Assembly: GCA_037441705.1 (NCBI GenBank)
Contig: JBBIRR010000019.1
Coordinates: 8,144-72,143 of the forward strand
DNA length: 64,000 nt
From: Ignavibacteriales bacterium
GTDB lineage: Bacteria > Bacteroidota > Ignavibacteria > UBA10030 > UBA6906
Direction of reading: 5' to 3'
Shown: positions 51,206 to 59,863 of the stretch, one piece after another
Numbering within the stretch: position 1 is the first letter of the stretch
Layout: each line of letters starts with the position of its first letter
Position numbers and translations under genes: made by a program
The notes under the pieces: generated by a model
Told to the model about the DNA's origin: nothing
The model's input: the letters and a program-made list of their open reading frames with translations, nothing else
Databases searched by the model: none

Positions 51206-52495
51206 TCACTCGCGAGAAAAGGGGGATCGAACCACACGTCCCTCTTTCATCACGAACGAAACGTTCTGAACGACACGAATGTCCTCGATAGGATTTCCAG
51301 GGAATGCGATGATGTCGGCGGCCTTCCCCTTCTCGATGGTTCCCGTGAGTGCTTCGATGCCAAGCAGCGTTGCGGCACGCGATGTCGCGGAGATCAGGGC
51401 GTCATCGGGACTCATTCCATACTTTACCATCAATTCTAACTCCTGTGCGTTGGTTCCGGGAAGCTCGAATGTATCCGTGCCGAACACTATCTTGACGGGC
51501 GTCTTGAGCGCTCGCTGGAAGGAAGCGGTATGCTTCTCGACCGTGTTTCTGAGCCTGTTGACTGTTTCAGGAGTCGTCGGCCCGAAGAGCTTCCCGTCGC
51601 GCCAGAGTTCATAGACGAGAAGCGTCGGAACATAGTAGATGTCGCGAGCTGCCATCAGGCGGAAGGTCTGTTCGCCGAGATACAAGCCATGCTCGATAGA
51701 AGCAACGCCCGCCTCAATGGCGATACGCGCAGCGGCGTCGGTGTAAACATGTGCAGCAACCTTCACGTGTCCGCGACGCGCCTCGTCAACCAACACGTTG
51801 ACTTCCTCGGGCGAGTAATTCATCGCGCCGGTGAGCGAATCGGCGCTCACCTGCCGTTTCTCGTATGATTCCATGTATATCTTGATCACATCCGCGCCGT
51901 ACTTAATGAGGCGCCGCACCTGCTTGCGTATCTCTGCGGTGCCGTCGGCCTCGTAGGAAAGCTGCGGTGTTGTCACGTACGGCGAATACCCCACCAGTCC
52001 GTACGCGCCGGTGGCCGTTACGGGCTGGATTGCTGCAAGAATGCGCGGGCCGGGCACGATTCCTCGAGCGATGGCATCGCGCAGCGCAATGTCGGCAAAG
52101 CCTGCGCCCTCATTGCCGAGATCACGAATCGTTGTCACGCCTGCCGCCAGTGTTGCGCGCGCGTTTGCCACGGCAACGATGGCCCTGTACTCCGGCGTTT
52201 CCTTCAGGCTTTGTGCGTCATAGTCTCCCGGATGGAGTACGATATGCGTGTGGGCATCAATCAGTCCCGGCATGGCCGTCATGCCGCTGAGATCAACGAC
52301 ATCGGCGTTGGGCGGAATGCTCGCCCCCTGCTGCACGTCCTTGATGGTTGCCCCCTCAACCGTGATGACGACGTTTGCGCGAAGCGTCTTACTCTTGCCG
52401 TCGAAGAGTTTTCCGACCTTGATGTATGTGAGGTTGCCCTGCGCATGCAAATTGGTGCACAGGACGACGAGCAATGCGATTACGTAGGATTTCAT
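51206..52495 (-). CDS. Secreted amidohydrolase (Xaa-Pro dipeptidase-like)
   Basis: PGLIDAHTH, GVTTIRD, IKIY, AAH, IEHG, FGTD. Confidence 0.88.
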   Translation of the reverse strand: MKSYVIALLVVLCTNLHAQGNLTYIKVGKLFDGKSKTLRANVVITVEGATIKDVQQGASIPPNADVVDLSGMTAMPGLIDAHTHIVLHPGDYDAQSLKETPEYRAIVAVANARATLAAGVTTIRDLGNEGAGFADIALRDAIARGIVPGPRILAAIQPVTATGAYGLVGYSPYVTTPQLSYEADGTAEIRKQVRRLIKYGADVIKIYMESYEKRQVSADSLTGAMNYSPEEVNVLVDEARRGHVKVAAHVYTDAAARIAIEAGVASIEHGLYLGEQTFRLMAARDIYYVPTLLVYELWRDGKLFGPTTPETVNRLRNTVEKHTASFQRALKTPVKIVFGTDTFELPGTNAQELELMVKYGMSPDDALISATSRAATLLGIEALTGTIEKGKAADIIAFPGNPIEDIRVVQNVSFVMKEGRVVRSPFSRE

Positions 52496-52618
52496 GATGT
52501 GATGAGAGAGTGATAGAATGATGCCGAACGACAATTGAAGCTATCGTTCTCTTCCATCAATTTCAAGAAGGCGAGAGTGTAGAGAAGAGACGCGTCGCGC
52601 GGGCGCAGCACGCAAAGA

Positions 52619-53344
52619 CTAATTGTTCGGCGCTCCGGATTCGATCCAGCGACGGATGAGGGCGAGTTCATCGGCAGGAAGCGGCGGCGCTTTCTTCGGC
52701 ATCTGCGTGCCGCAGGAAGTCCCGGCGAGTCTCTTATACAACACGCTCGCTTCAGCGTTGCCGGGCTGCACCCGCATCTCCGACGTGCAGCCTTTGGTTG
52801 CAGGCACGCTGACAAGATTGGCGTAGCTTTCACCTTCATCGAGGAACATTCCCGCGCTTCCGCCATGACAATCCGTGCAGCTGCGGTCAAAGATGGGTTG
52901 GATATCTCTGGAAAACGAAACGGGAGCGCCGCTCGCGGGCTGTGAGCTGCGGGTGCCCGACGTGTCGTGCGACGCCTGCGGTTGTGTCGGCACAGGTTGC
53001 GCCGATGTTCCTTTCACCACAAAATGCACGGGTGCACTTGCATGATCTCCGACCAGAATCACAAGTGGACCTGACGTTGCACCTGTCGGAACGATTACCC
53101 GTATTTCGTCCTCTTCCACTTTGATCACGGAAGCGCGAACGCCGTTAAAGGTTACGACGGGCATGGTCCCGAAGTTTGCTCCCTCGATCTTCACCTTTTC
53201 CCCTACGCGCGCCGAGGGCGGCTTCACCTCACGAATGATCGGCTCAGCAACGAGGCGCAGCCTTCGTTTGGTTTCATCCGGATCGCCATCCCACCGAAGC
53301 GCGCCGAAAGAAACAACGGCCAGAAGGATTGTCAACGTTCGCAT
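52619..53344 (-). CDS. Secreted IPT/TIG-domain + monoheme cytochrome c (PSCyt1-like) protein
   Basis: VKP....GEKVKIEGANF..VPTGATSG (IPT); SFSRDIQPIF..CTDCH...QMP...IRRWIESGA. Confidence 0.8.
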   Translation of the reverse strand: MRTLTILLAVVSFGALRWDGDPDETKRRLRLVAEPIIREVKPPSARVGEKVKIEGANFGTMPVVTFNGVRASVIKVEEDEIRVIVPTGATSGPLVILVGDHASAPVHFVVKGTSAQPVPTQPQASHDTSGTRSSQPASGAPVSFSRDIQPIFDRSCTDCHGGSAGMFLDEGESYANLVSVPATKGCTSEMRVQPGNAEASVLYKRLAGTSCGTQMPKKAPPLPADELALIRRWIESGAPNN

Positions 53345-53353
53345 CGCTTCCCG

Positions 53354-53932
53354 TTATGAGTGTGAGAAAGAAAAGAGCGAAGGGCCGTAGCCTTGCCTGC
53401 GAGCATACTCTTCGAGTCGCTCCGCCAGCATTTTGCGTCCTCGATGAATGCGAGAGCGGATCGTACCGATGGGTGTGCGTGTGTACTGTGCTATTTCTTC
53501 GTACGTGTAGCCTTCGATGTCGCACAGGATGAGCGCCGTTTGATAGTCGGCCGGAATCGTGTCGAGTGCAGCAGCGACTTCATCGCTTACGGTCGCTTCG
53601 TGCATCCGGAGCACACTGTGATCGGCCAGCGACCAGCGCACCGGGCGCGACTGATCTCCATCAACACTTGCGAGCTCCTCGGTGAAATCCTGTGGGATAG
53701 TTTCGTATTGCCTGCGGCGATAGTCGTTGATGTAGGAGTTCTTGCAGATTTGAAAGAGCCATGCGCGGCAGTTCGTTCCCTCCTCGAACGTGTGGAACGA
53801 GCGACAGGCTTTCAGCATGGTTTCCTGGACGAGATCGTCAGTGTAATGTTCGTTGCGACACAATTTGAACGCAAAATTCCGCAGCGCATCGAGATGCGAA
53901 AGTGCCTCCTGAAAAAATAGCTCGCTGGACAT
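53354..53932 (-). CDS. ECF RNA polymerase sigma factor
   Basis: DDLVQET, AWLFQICKN, YEEIA...GTIRSRIHRGR; AGGAG RBS. Confidence 0.92.
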   Translation of the reverse strand: MSSELFFQEALSHLDALRNFAFKLCRNEHYTDDLVQETMLKACRSFHTFEEGTNCRAWLFQICKNSYINDYRRRQYETIPQDFTEELASVDGDQSRPVRWSLADHSVLRMHEATVSDEVAAALDTIPADYQTALILCDIEGYTYEEIAQYTRTPIGTIRSRIHRGRKMLAERLEEYARRQGYGPSLFSFSHS

Positions 53933-53981
53933 ACGGCTCCTGGATTGAATGATGTGAGACGTTGGTGACGCTCAAAATGGA

Positions 53982-53998
53982 GCCAACCGGCGTGCCAA
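53982..53998 (-). promoter_or_regulatory. Possible sigma54 -24/-12 promoter upstream of the ECF sigma gene
   Basis: Minus strand TTGGCACG-CCGG-TTGGC vs consensus TGGCACG-N4-TTGC (-12 GG instead of GC). Confidence 0.35.
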
Positions 53999-54170
53999 AG
54001 CGGCGTGGCCTGAGGATTGTCGAAATTACGCCACGAGGACGATAAGCGAAGGAGTCGGACCGGAGAGTGGGTTATTCATGCCACAACCGTGGGGGCGGTT
54101 GCGCTTTGCGGTGGGGAACGCGCTCAACACCCACAAGCGCGCAGCAAGCGGTTCAGTGAACGAGGTTCAG

Positions 54171-54191
54171 GAACTTCATCGCCAGCTTCGG
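54171..54191. repeat. Left copy of 21-bp direct repeat (displaced DUF72 3' end)
   Basis: GAACTTCATCGCCAGCTTCGG; 20/21 identical to 56009-56029. Confidence 0.85.
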
Positions 54192-54209
54192 ACTAACAGG
54201 TACGTTATG

Positions 54210-54694
54210 CTAAGGAAACAAAAATGGCTTCACCGCAACGATCATTCGCCTCAACTCAGGTTCATTGTCTATGAGTAGAGCATGACCCCAAATCACACGC
54301 GTGTCGTCCGAACAGTCTTGAGCAAGAGATTTCCCTATCTCTTCAAAGCTCATATTCAGGCTTCTCCTTAAGTCCTCCGGGTTTGACAACACACCGAGAA
54401 CGAATGTTCTATCCTTCAAATCTCGAGGTACTTCTCCGGTAACTCGCTGCAGCCGATGTTGATCATTGTCGCAGTCGACGATGAGCGCAACCCTTCTTTC
54501 CGGAAAATATACATCGAGCTGAGGTACTCCTCCCGATAGGTGTCAAGAATTCTCCTCCATCCACCCAGAGGCCTCATGACCTGGATAGCACGTGTGTTTA
54601 GATTGGGATGAAGAATGAACCCGTTGACAATCTGACGAGCGGCATCGTCCTCCACCAAGACGATCAGGTGTGGCCGGTAGGCGTTTGCACTCAA
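54210..54694 (-). pseudogene. TOPRIM-like protein split by a 1-nt frameshift near 54504-54507
   Basis: Frame 1 MSANAYRPHLIVLVEDDAARQ...SSMY; second frame continues FPERRVALIVDCDND...KPFLFP*; joined length ~161 aa. Confidence 0.7.
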
Positions 54695-55800
54695 CGCACA
54701 AGATCTCCTCGAGTGATTGTATCAATTAGATCTCCAGAAGGGGCAACCTCACTCAAGGGACGAATGATCGTCGGTTCGACGTGGCTGTTGCGGTCAAGAA
54801 CCAGTGTATTCTCATTTGAGAATTTCCTTATGACTTCTGGATTGTGAGATGCCACCAGTATCTGGCTACCATTGACAAACGAACGACGCAACAACGCAAC
54901 AAGATGCCCGACTTCCGAGAGCGAGAGATAGTTGTCCGGTTCATCCCAGAAACAGAAAAGAGGACCGTAAAACTCATTGGCAGCCAAGAGGACAGCGCTA
55001 AGGTAGAAGCATTTCTCCCCGTCTGAAAGATCCGTGAAATTAACGCTCAACGCCCCGCCATTCCCCTCAAAGCGGACCAGGAGGTTTTTCGACTCCTTTC
55101 CGATCGGCTCATTGACAAAGTCACGAATGTCCGGGATAACCTCTCGAAGATACCTCTCAATGTGCGCGTAGGCAGCAGGATAGCGGCTGAGCAACCCCGT
55201 AAACCACGCAGCGAGGTTCGAACCATCTCGCTTGGGTTCGAGTGTCTCATCCTCGGAAACTCCAGTAATCAGAGGTGCAACAGGCGCGAGGATAACGGTG
55301 TGCGCAAGCCAGGTCTTGAAGACCCTCAGCGGGTCAGTCTCAGAATACTCCTGAATGATCGGAAGAGCTACCAAGTGCCAATCCACCAAGAATTGCGCTT
55401 CACGGCCTTGTGCGCTTCTGTAAAGGGTAACTTGAGCTTCCCGCCTTGAAAAGATCGTGCGATCGTTGACGACCAATTGCTCCTCCGCAACCCGAAGCTC
55501 TCTGAACCTCTCTGGCAACTCCAAGGCAAGACAATACTTGAACGTTCTGCCCTCGAGTAGTACTTCGATTTCAAACCGAAGGGGAACGTCTGACCTTCCA
55601 CGCGCAAGGTCTTTCGGTTGCACAAGGTGAGCTACCCTGTTTGTCCCGCGCCCAATCCGTTGGAGTATTTCCAATGCAAATGAAACGGTGGATTTCCCTA
55701 CACCATTCCTCCCTATCAACAGAACGGAGGACCTGTCCCGAAGGCTCAAATCAAAGTTCTCCAGGCATCTGAAGTTGTGCACGTACAATCTTTGTATCAT
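54691..55800 (-). CDS. ABC-type / AAA_21 ATPase
   Basis: MIQRLYVHNFRC; Walker A GRNGVGKS; signature LSDGE; Walker B/D-loop WDEPD; H-loop SHNP. Confidence 0.9.
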   Translation of the reverse strand: MIQRLYVHNFRCLENFDLSLRDRSSVLLIGRNGVGKSTVSFALEILQRIGRGTNRVAHLVQPKDLARGRSDVPLRFEIEVLLEGRTFKYCLALELPERFRELRVAEEQLVVNDRTIFSRREAQVTLYRSAQGREAQFLVDWHLVALPIIQEYSETDPLRVFKTWLAHTVILAPVAPLITGVSEDETLEPKRDGSNLAAWFTGLLSRYPAAYAHIERYLREVIPDIRDFVNEPIGKESKNLLVRFEGNGGALSVNFTDLSDGEKCFYLSAVLLAANEFYGPLFCFWDEPDNYLSLSEVGHLVALLRRSFVNGSQILVASHNPEVIRKFSNENTLVLDRNSHVEPTIIRPLSEVAPSGDLIDTITRGDLVR

Positions 55801-55987
55801 GATTGGGGCCCCTCTCTTTCGTTTCGGTGAAACCGCAATTCCCTTACCCGTTGAGCCAGCCCTTGCGAAGGCCAATGGTTCATTCAAGAACCGATGATTG
55901 GGTCATTCAAATGTACGCAGCATGGACTCTCTTTTCAATACATACCATAAAGGTTCACGTGCCATGCCGGTAAGCAAACGAAAGGGA

Positions 55988-56689
55988 TCAACGAGAAAAC
56001 AAATCTCTGAACTTCATCGCCAGTTTCGGGCCTGTTGCCTCGTCTTCATGCTTGAAGAAGATGAACGCCGTTTTCCACTTTTGATCCTGAACCCTCTTCA
56101 TCCACTTCTTCAAATCCGCGGGCGTGTAGCTTTCTCGTCGCAACCGTAAGTATCCCCAATCGGCGGTGCTGACGAACGGAACATCGAGCTTCTCGTCCCA
56201 ATCGGCAACGCAGAGTGAGCAGTTGCTCTCGTTCAGAAGATGGTACGTTTCGTCATCGAACCAAGAGGGATGGCGGAATTCGATCGCCACGCGTACATCT
56301 CCCGCAAGCAACTTGAGGAACCCGCGCAGGCGCTCGATATCTTTCTTCATGTTGGGCGGAAGTTGAAACAAGACGACGCCGAGCCGCTGCTTCAGCGTAC
56401 GCACAACGCGCATCAAATACTCCGTCTCATCACCCACCTCCTTCAGTCGCTTGATGTGTGTGATGCGCTGCGATCCCTTGATCGAGAACGCAAACGTCTC
56501 CGGCACCTGATCGGCCCACGAGGTCACGACACTCTCCTTCGGAAGACGATAGAACGTGTTGTTGATCTCGACGGCGTTGAGCTTCGTGCCGTAGAATTTC
56601 AGGAACTCCTTCTCCGAAAGGTCGTCGGGATAAAAGTGTCCCTTCCATTCTTTGTAACTGTAGCCGCTGGTGCCGACGTAGAGATTCAT
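55988..56689 (-). CDS. DUF72 (YecE-like) protein
   Basis: VGTSGYSY.EW.G.FYP, VEINNTFY, ITH, LFQLPP, EFRHPSW, YLRLR. Confidence 0.92.
   Translation of the reverse strand: MNLYVGTSGYSYKEWKGHFYPDDLSEKEFLKFYGTKLNAVEINNTFYRLPKESVVTSWADQVPETFAFSIKGSQRITHIKRLKEVGDETEYLMRVVRTLKQRLGVVLFQLPPNMKKDIERLRGFLKLLAGDVRVAIEFRHPSWFDDETYHLLNESNCSLCVADWDEKLDVPFVSTADWGYLRLRRESYTPADLKKWMKRVQDQKWKTAFIFFKHEDEATGPKLAMKFRDLFSR
56009..56029. repeat. Right copy of 21-bp direct repeat (inside DUF72 3' end)
   Basis: GAACTTCATCGCCAGTTTCGG. Confidence 0.85.
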
Positions 56690-56804
56690 TGTTGGCTGGT
56701 GATTGTTAGAACTCTCGCATCAGGGTAGAGAAATCCTTACGAAAAATCAACCGATCTTCATGAACCGATCTTGAACCTTGAGCCTAAATATCCTACCGTA
56801 TAGC

Positions 56805-59141
56805 ATGGCACGTACATCCCGAATAGCGCAGGTCGGCAAACGCACGATCGAACTTTCCAATCTCAACAAAGTTCTGTATCCGGCCGATCACATCGTGAAG
56901 GCCGAACTCGTGCACTACTATCTCACGATCGCGCCGACGATTCTTTCGCACATCAAAGGGCGGCCGCTCTCGCTCGTTCGTTTTCCGGATGGGATTGAGG
57001 GCGAGAAGTTCTTTCAGAAAAACCGCCCGGACTGGGCGCCGCAGTGGCTCGAGTATGTGACGCTGGGAGAGGGCGCGGAAAAAAAGGACTACATCCTTGC
57101 CACCGAAGCGGCCTCGCTCGTGTGGTTGGCCAACCTTGCCTGCATCGAGCTGCACCAGATGCACGCCCGCGCGCCGAAGTACGACGCGCCCGACTACTTC
57201 GTGTTCGACTTCGATCCGCCGGACGGGTTCACGTTTCCGCGGGTTGCCGAGCTTGCGCTCGAATTCAAAGAACACATCGAATCGTTCGGCTATCATCCGT
57301 TCGTGAAGACAACCGGGCGCAAGGGCGTGCACATTCTCGTGCCGATCGAGCCGAAGTGGAGTTTTCAGGAGGCGTTCGAAGCCGCGGAGGCTGTGGCGAA
57401 ACCCTTTGTGGCAGCACGCGAGAAACTGCTGACCCTTCACCTCAAGAAGGAGTACCGCAAGGGACGCGTCTTTCTCGACATCTTCCGAAACAGAAATCAT
57501 CAGACGATCGTCGCGCCCTACAGCGTCCGCGGACTGCCGGGCGCGCCTGTGTCAACACCCGTGTCGTGGGACGAACTTGGAAGCATCAAGAGCATTGCCG
57601 AACTGAACATCTCAACGGTTCTCGAGCGAGTGAAATCCAACGGCGACCCGTGGGAAGCCATCGCCGCTTACGCCGAGCCCCTGCACACGAAGAGAACAGC
57701 GGCAACGAAGAAGACGCTTCCGCCATCGGCAAAGCACAAAACGCCCGAGACGCTGGAGAAGTACAAGCAGAAGCGGAGCTTTGACAAAACCCCCGAACCT
57801 CCTCCTGCAATCGCGCTGGGCGAGGGGAATGCGTTCGTCGTGCATCGGCATCACGCATCGCGGCTGCACTACGACTTGCGGCTCGAACAGGATGGCGTCT
57901 TGAAATCGTGGGCCGTGCCGAAAGGGTTGCCGCCCCGACCGGGCGTGATGCGGCTCGCCGTCGCAACCGAAGACCATCCGTTGGAGTACCTCAACTTCGA
58001 GGGGACCATCCCCAAAGGCGAGTACGGCGGCGGCGAGATGTGGATCTATGCGCGCGGAAAGTATCTCATCACCAAAGAAAAGAAGAACGGCTTCTACTTT
58101 CGCTTGCAAAGCAAGGAACTGAACGCCGAGTATCGTACCCACAAAACGAAAGAGAATGAATGGCTGCTGGAACGCGTCGACATTCCTCAGATTGATTACC
58201 TGCGAGACGAGATCGAGCCGATGCTTGCCTCCAGCGCCGAGAAGCCCCCGGCCTCCGGCGACTATGCGTATGAGGTGAAATGGGACGGCATTCGCGCGCT
58301 GATTGCGCTGGACGACGGTCGGATGACCATCCGTACCCGGAACACGATGGATATCACGAATCGCTTTCCCGAGTTGCTGGTGCCCGAGCAGGCGTTCCGC
58401 GCGAGCACAGGATTGTTCGATGCAGAAATTGTTTGTCTTGACGAGAAGGGCAAGCCGGTCTTCAAGCACGTCATTCATCGCATGCAGCAGACTTCCGAAG
58501 GGGCGATCGAGCGGGCGCGCGCGAAGTATCCGGCTGTCTGCTACGTGTTCGATTGTCTCTACCTCGATGGCAGGCCGATTGTGAACGAACCGTTGGTGCG
58601 CCGTCGCGCCTGGCTGGCCGATGCCCTCAAACCCAACACTCCCTACCGACTCAGTGAAGTCGTGGACGATGGCCGTGCACTTTTCGAAGCTGCCAGAACA
58701 TTGGGACTCGAAGGCATCATGGCAAAAGAGAAGAACAGTCCCTACCAACCCGGCAAGCGCAGCGCGCATTGGCTGAAGATCAAAACGCGGCAGATGGTTG
58801 ACTGTGTGATTATCGGATACACGGCCGGCAAGGGCAACCGTGCGGCCGAATTCGGCGCGCTGCATCTTGCCGTTGAAGAGCAGGGAACACTGCGCTACGT
58901 CGGCAAGGTCGGTACAGGTTTCGACAGCAAGATGATGAAGCGCATCTTCGCCGAACTGAAGTCGCTGAAGAAAATCAAACGGCCCGTGAAAGAGAAACCG
59001 CTCGATGATGCAACCTCAACCTATGTCGAGCCGAGGCTCATCTGTGAAGTCGAGTACGCCTCATGGACGAAGGACAACATGCTGCGTGAGCCGGTGTTTG
59101 TGAAGATGAGGGAAGACATGGAGGCGGATGGAAGCCGATAG
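56805..59141 (+). CDS. ligD: NHEJ DNA ligase D (polymerase - phosphoesterase - ligase)
   Basis: PolDom RFPDG..FFQK, FDFDP, KTTGRKGVH, APYS.R; PE HASRLHYDLRLE..SWAVPKG, EDHP; ligase EVKWDG, EGIMAK, WLKIK, VGTGF. Confidence 0.95.
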   Translation: MARTSRIAQVGKRTIELSNLNKVLYPADHIVKAELVHYYLTIAPTILSHIKGRPLSLVRFPDGIEGEKFFQKNRPDWAPQWLEYVTLGEGAEKKDYILATEAASLVWLANLACIELHQMHARAPKYDAPDYFVFDFDPPDGFTFPRVAELALEFKEHIESFGYHPFVKTTGRKGVHILVPIEPKWSFQEAFEAAEAVAKPFVAAREKLLTLHLKKEYRKGRVFLDIFRNRNHQTIVAPYSVRGLPGAPVSTPVSWDELGSIKSIAELNISTVLERVKSNGDPWEAIAAYAEPLHTKRTAATKKTLPPSAKHKTPETLEKYKQKRSFDKTPEPPPAIALGEGNAFVVHRHHASRLHYDLRLEQDGVLKSWAVPKGLPPRPGVMRLAVATEDHPLEYLNFEGTIPKGEYGGGEMWIYARGKYLITKEKKNGFYFRLQSKELNAEYRTHKTKENEWLLERVDIPQIDYLRDEIEPMLASSAEKPPASGDYAYEVKWDGIRALIALDDGRMTIRTRNTMDITNRFPELLVPEQAFRASTGLFDAEIVCLDEKGKPVFKHVIHRMQQTSEGAIERARAKYPAVCYVFDCLYLDGRPIVNEPLVRRRAWLADALKPNTPYRLSEVVDDGRALFEAARTLGLEGIMAKEKNSPYQPGKRSAHWLKIKTRQMVDCVIIGYTAGKGNRAAEFGALHLAVEEQGTLRYVGKVGTGFDSKMMKRIFAELKSLKKIKRPVKEKPLDDATSTYVEPRLICEVEYASWTKDNMLREPVFVKMREDMEADGSR

Positions 59142-59293
59142 ACCGATGATTTTCTCGTCGTAAGAGATCAAGAAATGAGACTCGACCCGTCACCTGGTGT
59201 AAGTCTATTTGCACTAATGGGTGGATTTTGTTTGATTCTGCATATGACGGACACAAGGAACAAGCCATTCACCATTACGCACGAGAGTAACCC

Positions 59294-59512
59294 ATGGATT
59301 ACTCAAAGATTATAACGATCGAACCGGGGAAGCGCGGGGGCAAACCGTGCATTCGCGGCATGAGAATCACGGTCTCCGATGTTCTTGGATATCTCGCGGC
59401 TGGCATGACAGAGGACGAAATACTCAGAGATTTCCCAGAGCTTACGCGAGAAGACATCCTGGCTTGCCTCGCGTTTGCAGCAGACCGTGAGAAGAAGCTT
59501 TCCGCGGCATGA
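59294..59512 (+). CDS. DUF433 antitoxin
   Basis: ITIEPGKRGGKPCIRGMRITV...ILRDFPEL..EDI.ACLAFA. Confidence 0.92.
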   Translation: MDYSKIITIEPGKRGGKPCIRGMRITVSDVLGYLAAGMTEDEILRDFPELTREDILACLAFAADREKKLSAA

Positions 59513-59841
59513 AATTCCTGCTCGACCAGCACATCTCATTTCGCTTGCTTCGCAGATTGCAGGAAAGATTCCCGGAATCGAAGCACGTCAAAGATTTCAA
59601 CCTGACGAAAGCCGATGATGAGGCGGTGTGGCAATTTGCTGCCGAGAACGGCTTTACGATTGTCTCAAAAGATTCAGATTTCATGTACAGAAGCCTTCTT
59701 CGAGGTCATCCTCCGAAAGTCATTTTCATCCAAGTCGGCAATTGCCCATCCAGCCGAGTCCTCGACGTTCTTCTCTCAAATGAACCGATCATAAAAGACT
59801 TCGAGGTGAACCCGGTGGAATCACTTCTGATTCTGAGATAA
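59509..59841 (+). CDS. DUF5615 PIN-like toxin (VapC45-like)
   Basis: MKFLLDQH, DEAVW, IVSKDSDF, PPKVI; ATGA overlap with DUF433. Confidence 0.9.
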   Translation: MKFLLDQHISFRLLRRLQERFPESKHVKDFNLTKADDEAVWQFAAENGFTIVSKDSDFMYRSLLRGHPPKVIFIQVGNCPSSRVLDVLLSNEPIIKDFEVNPVESLLILR

Positions 59842-59863
59842 GTTTCCGAACGACAGCTCCATT

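Larger units (their letters stand above)
54171..56029. mobile_element. Integrated islet in the 3' end of the DUF72 gene, no integrase encoded
   Basis: Flanking 21-bp direct repeats, visibly AT-richer composition, dif/attC-like site at left junction. Confidence 0.7.

Noticed and set aside
55939-55970. Minus-strand TTATGGTATGT resembling an XerD arm near the right islet end
   Set aside because: No plausible XerC arm at 6-8 bp spacing; may just be promoter-like AT-rich sequence.
59142-59151. ACCGATGATT shared with 55890-55899
   Set aside because: Only 10 bp with no extension; can occur by chance.
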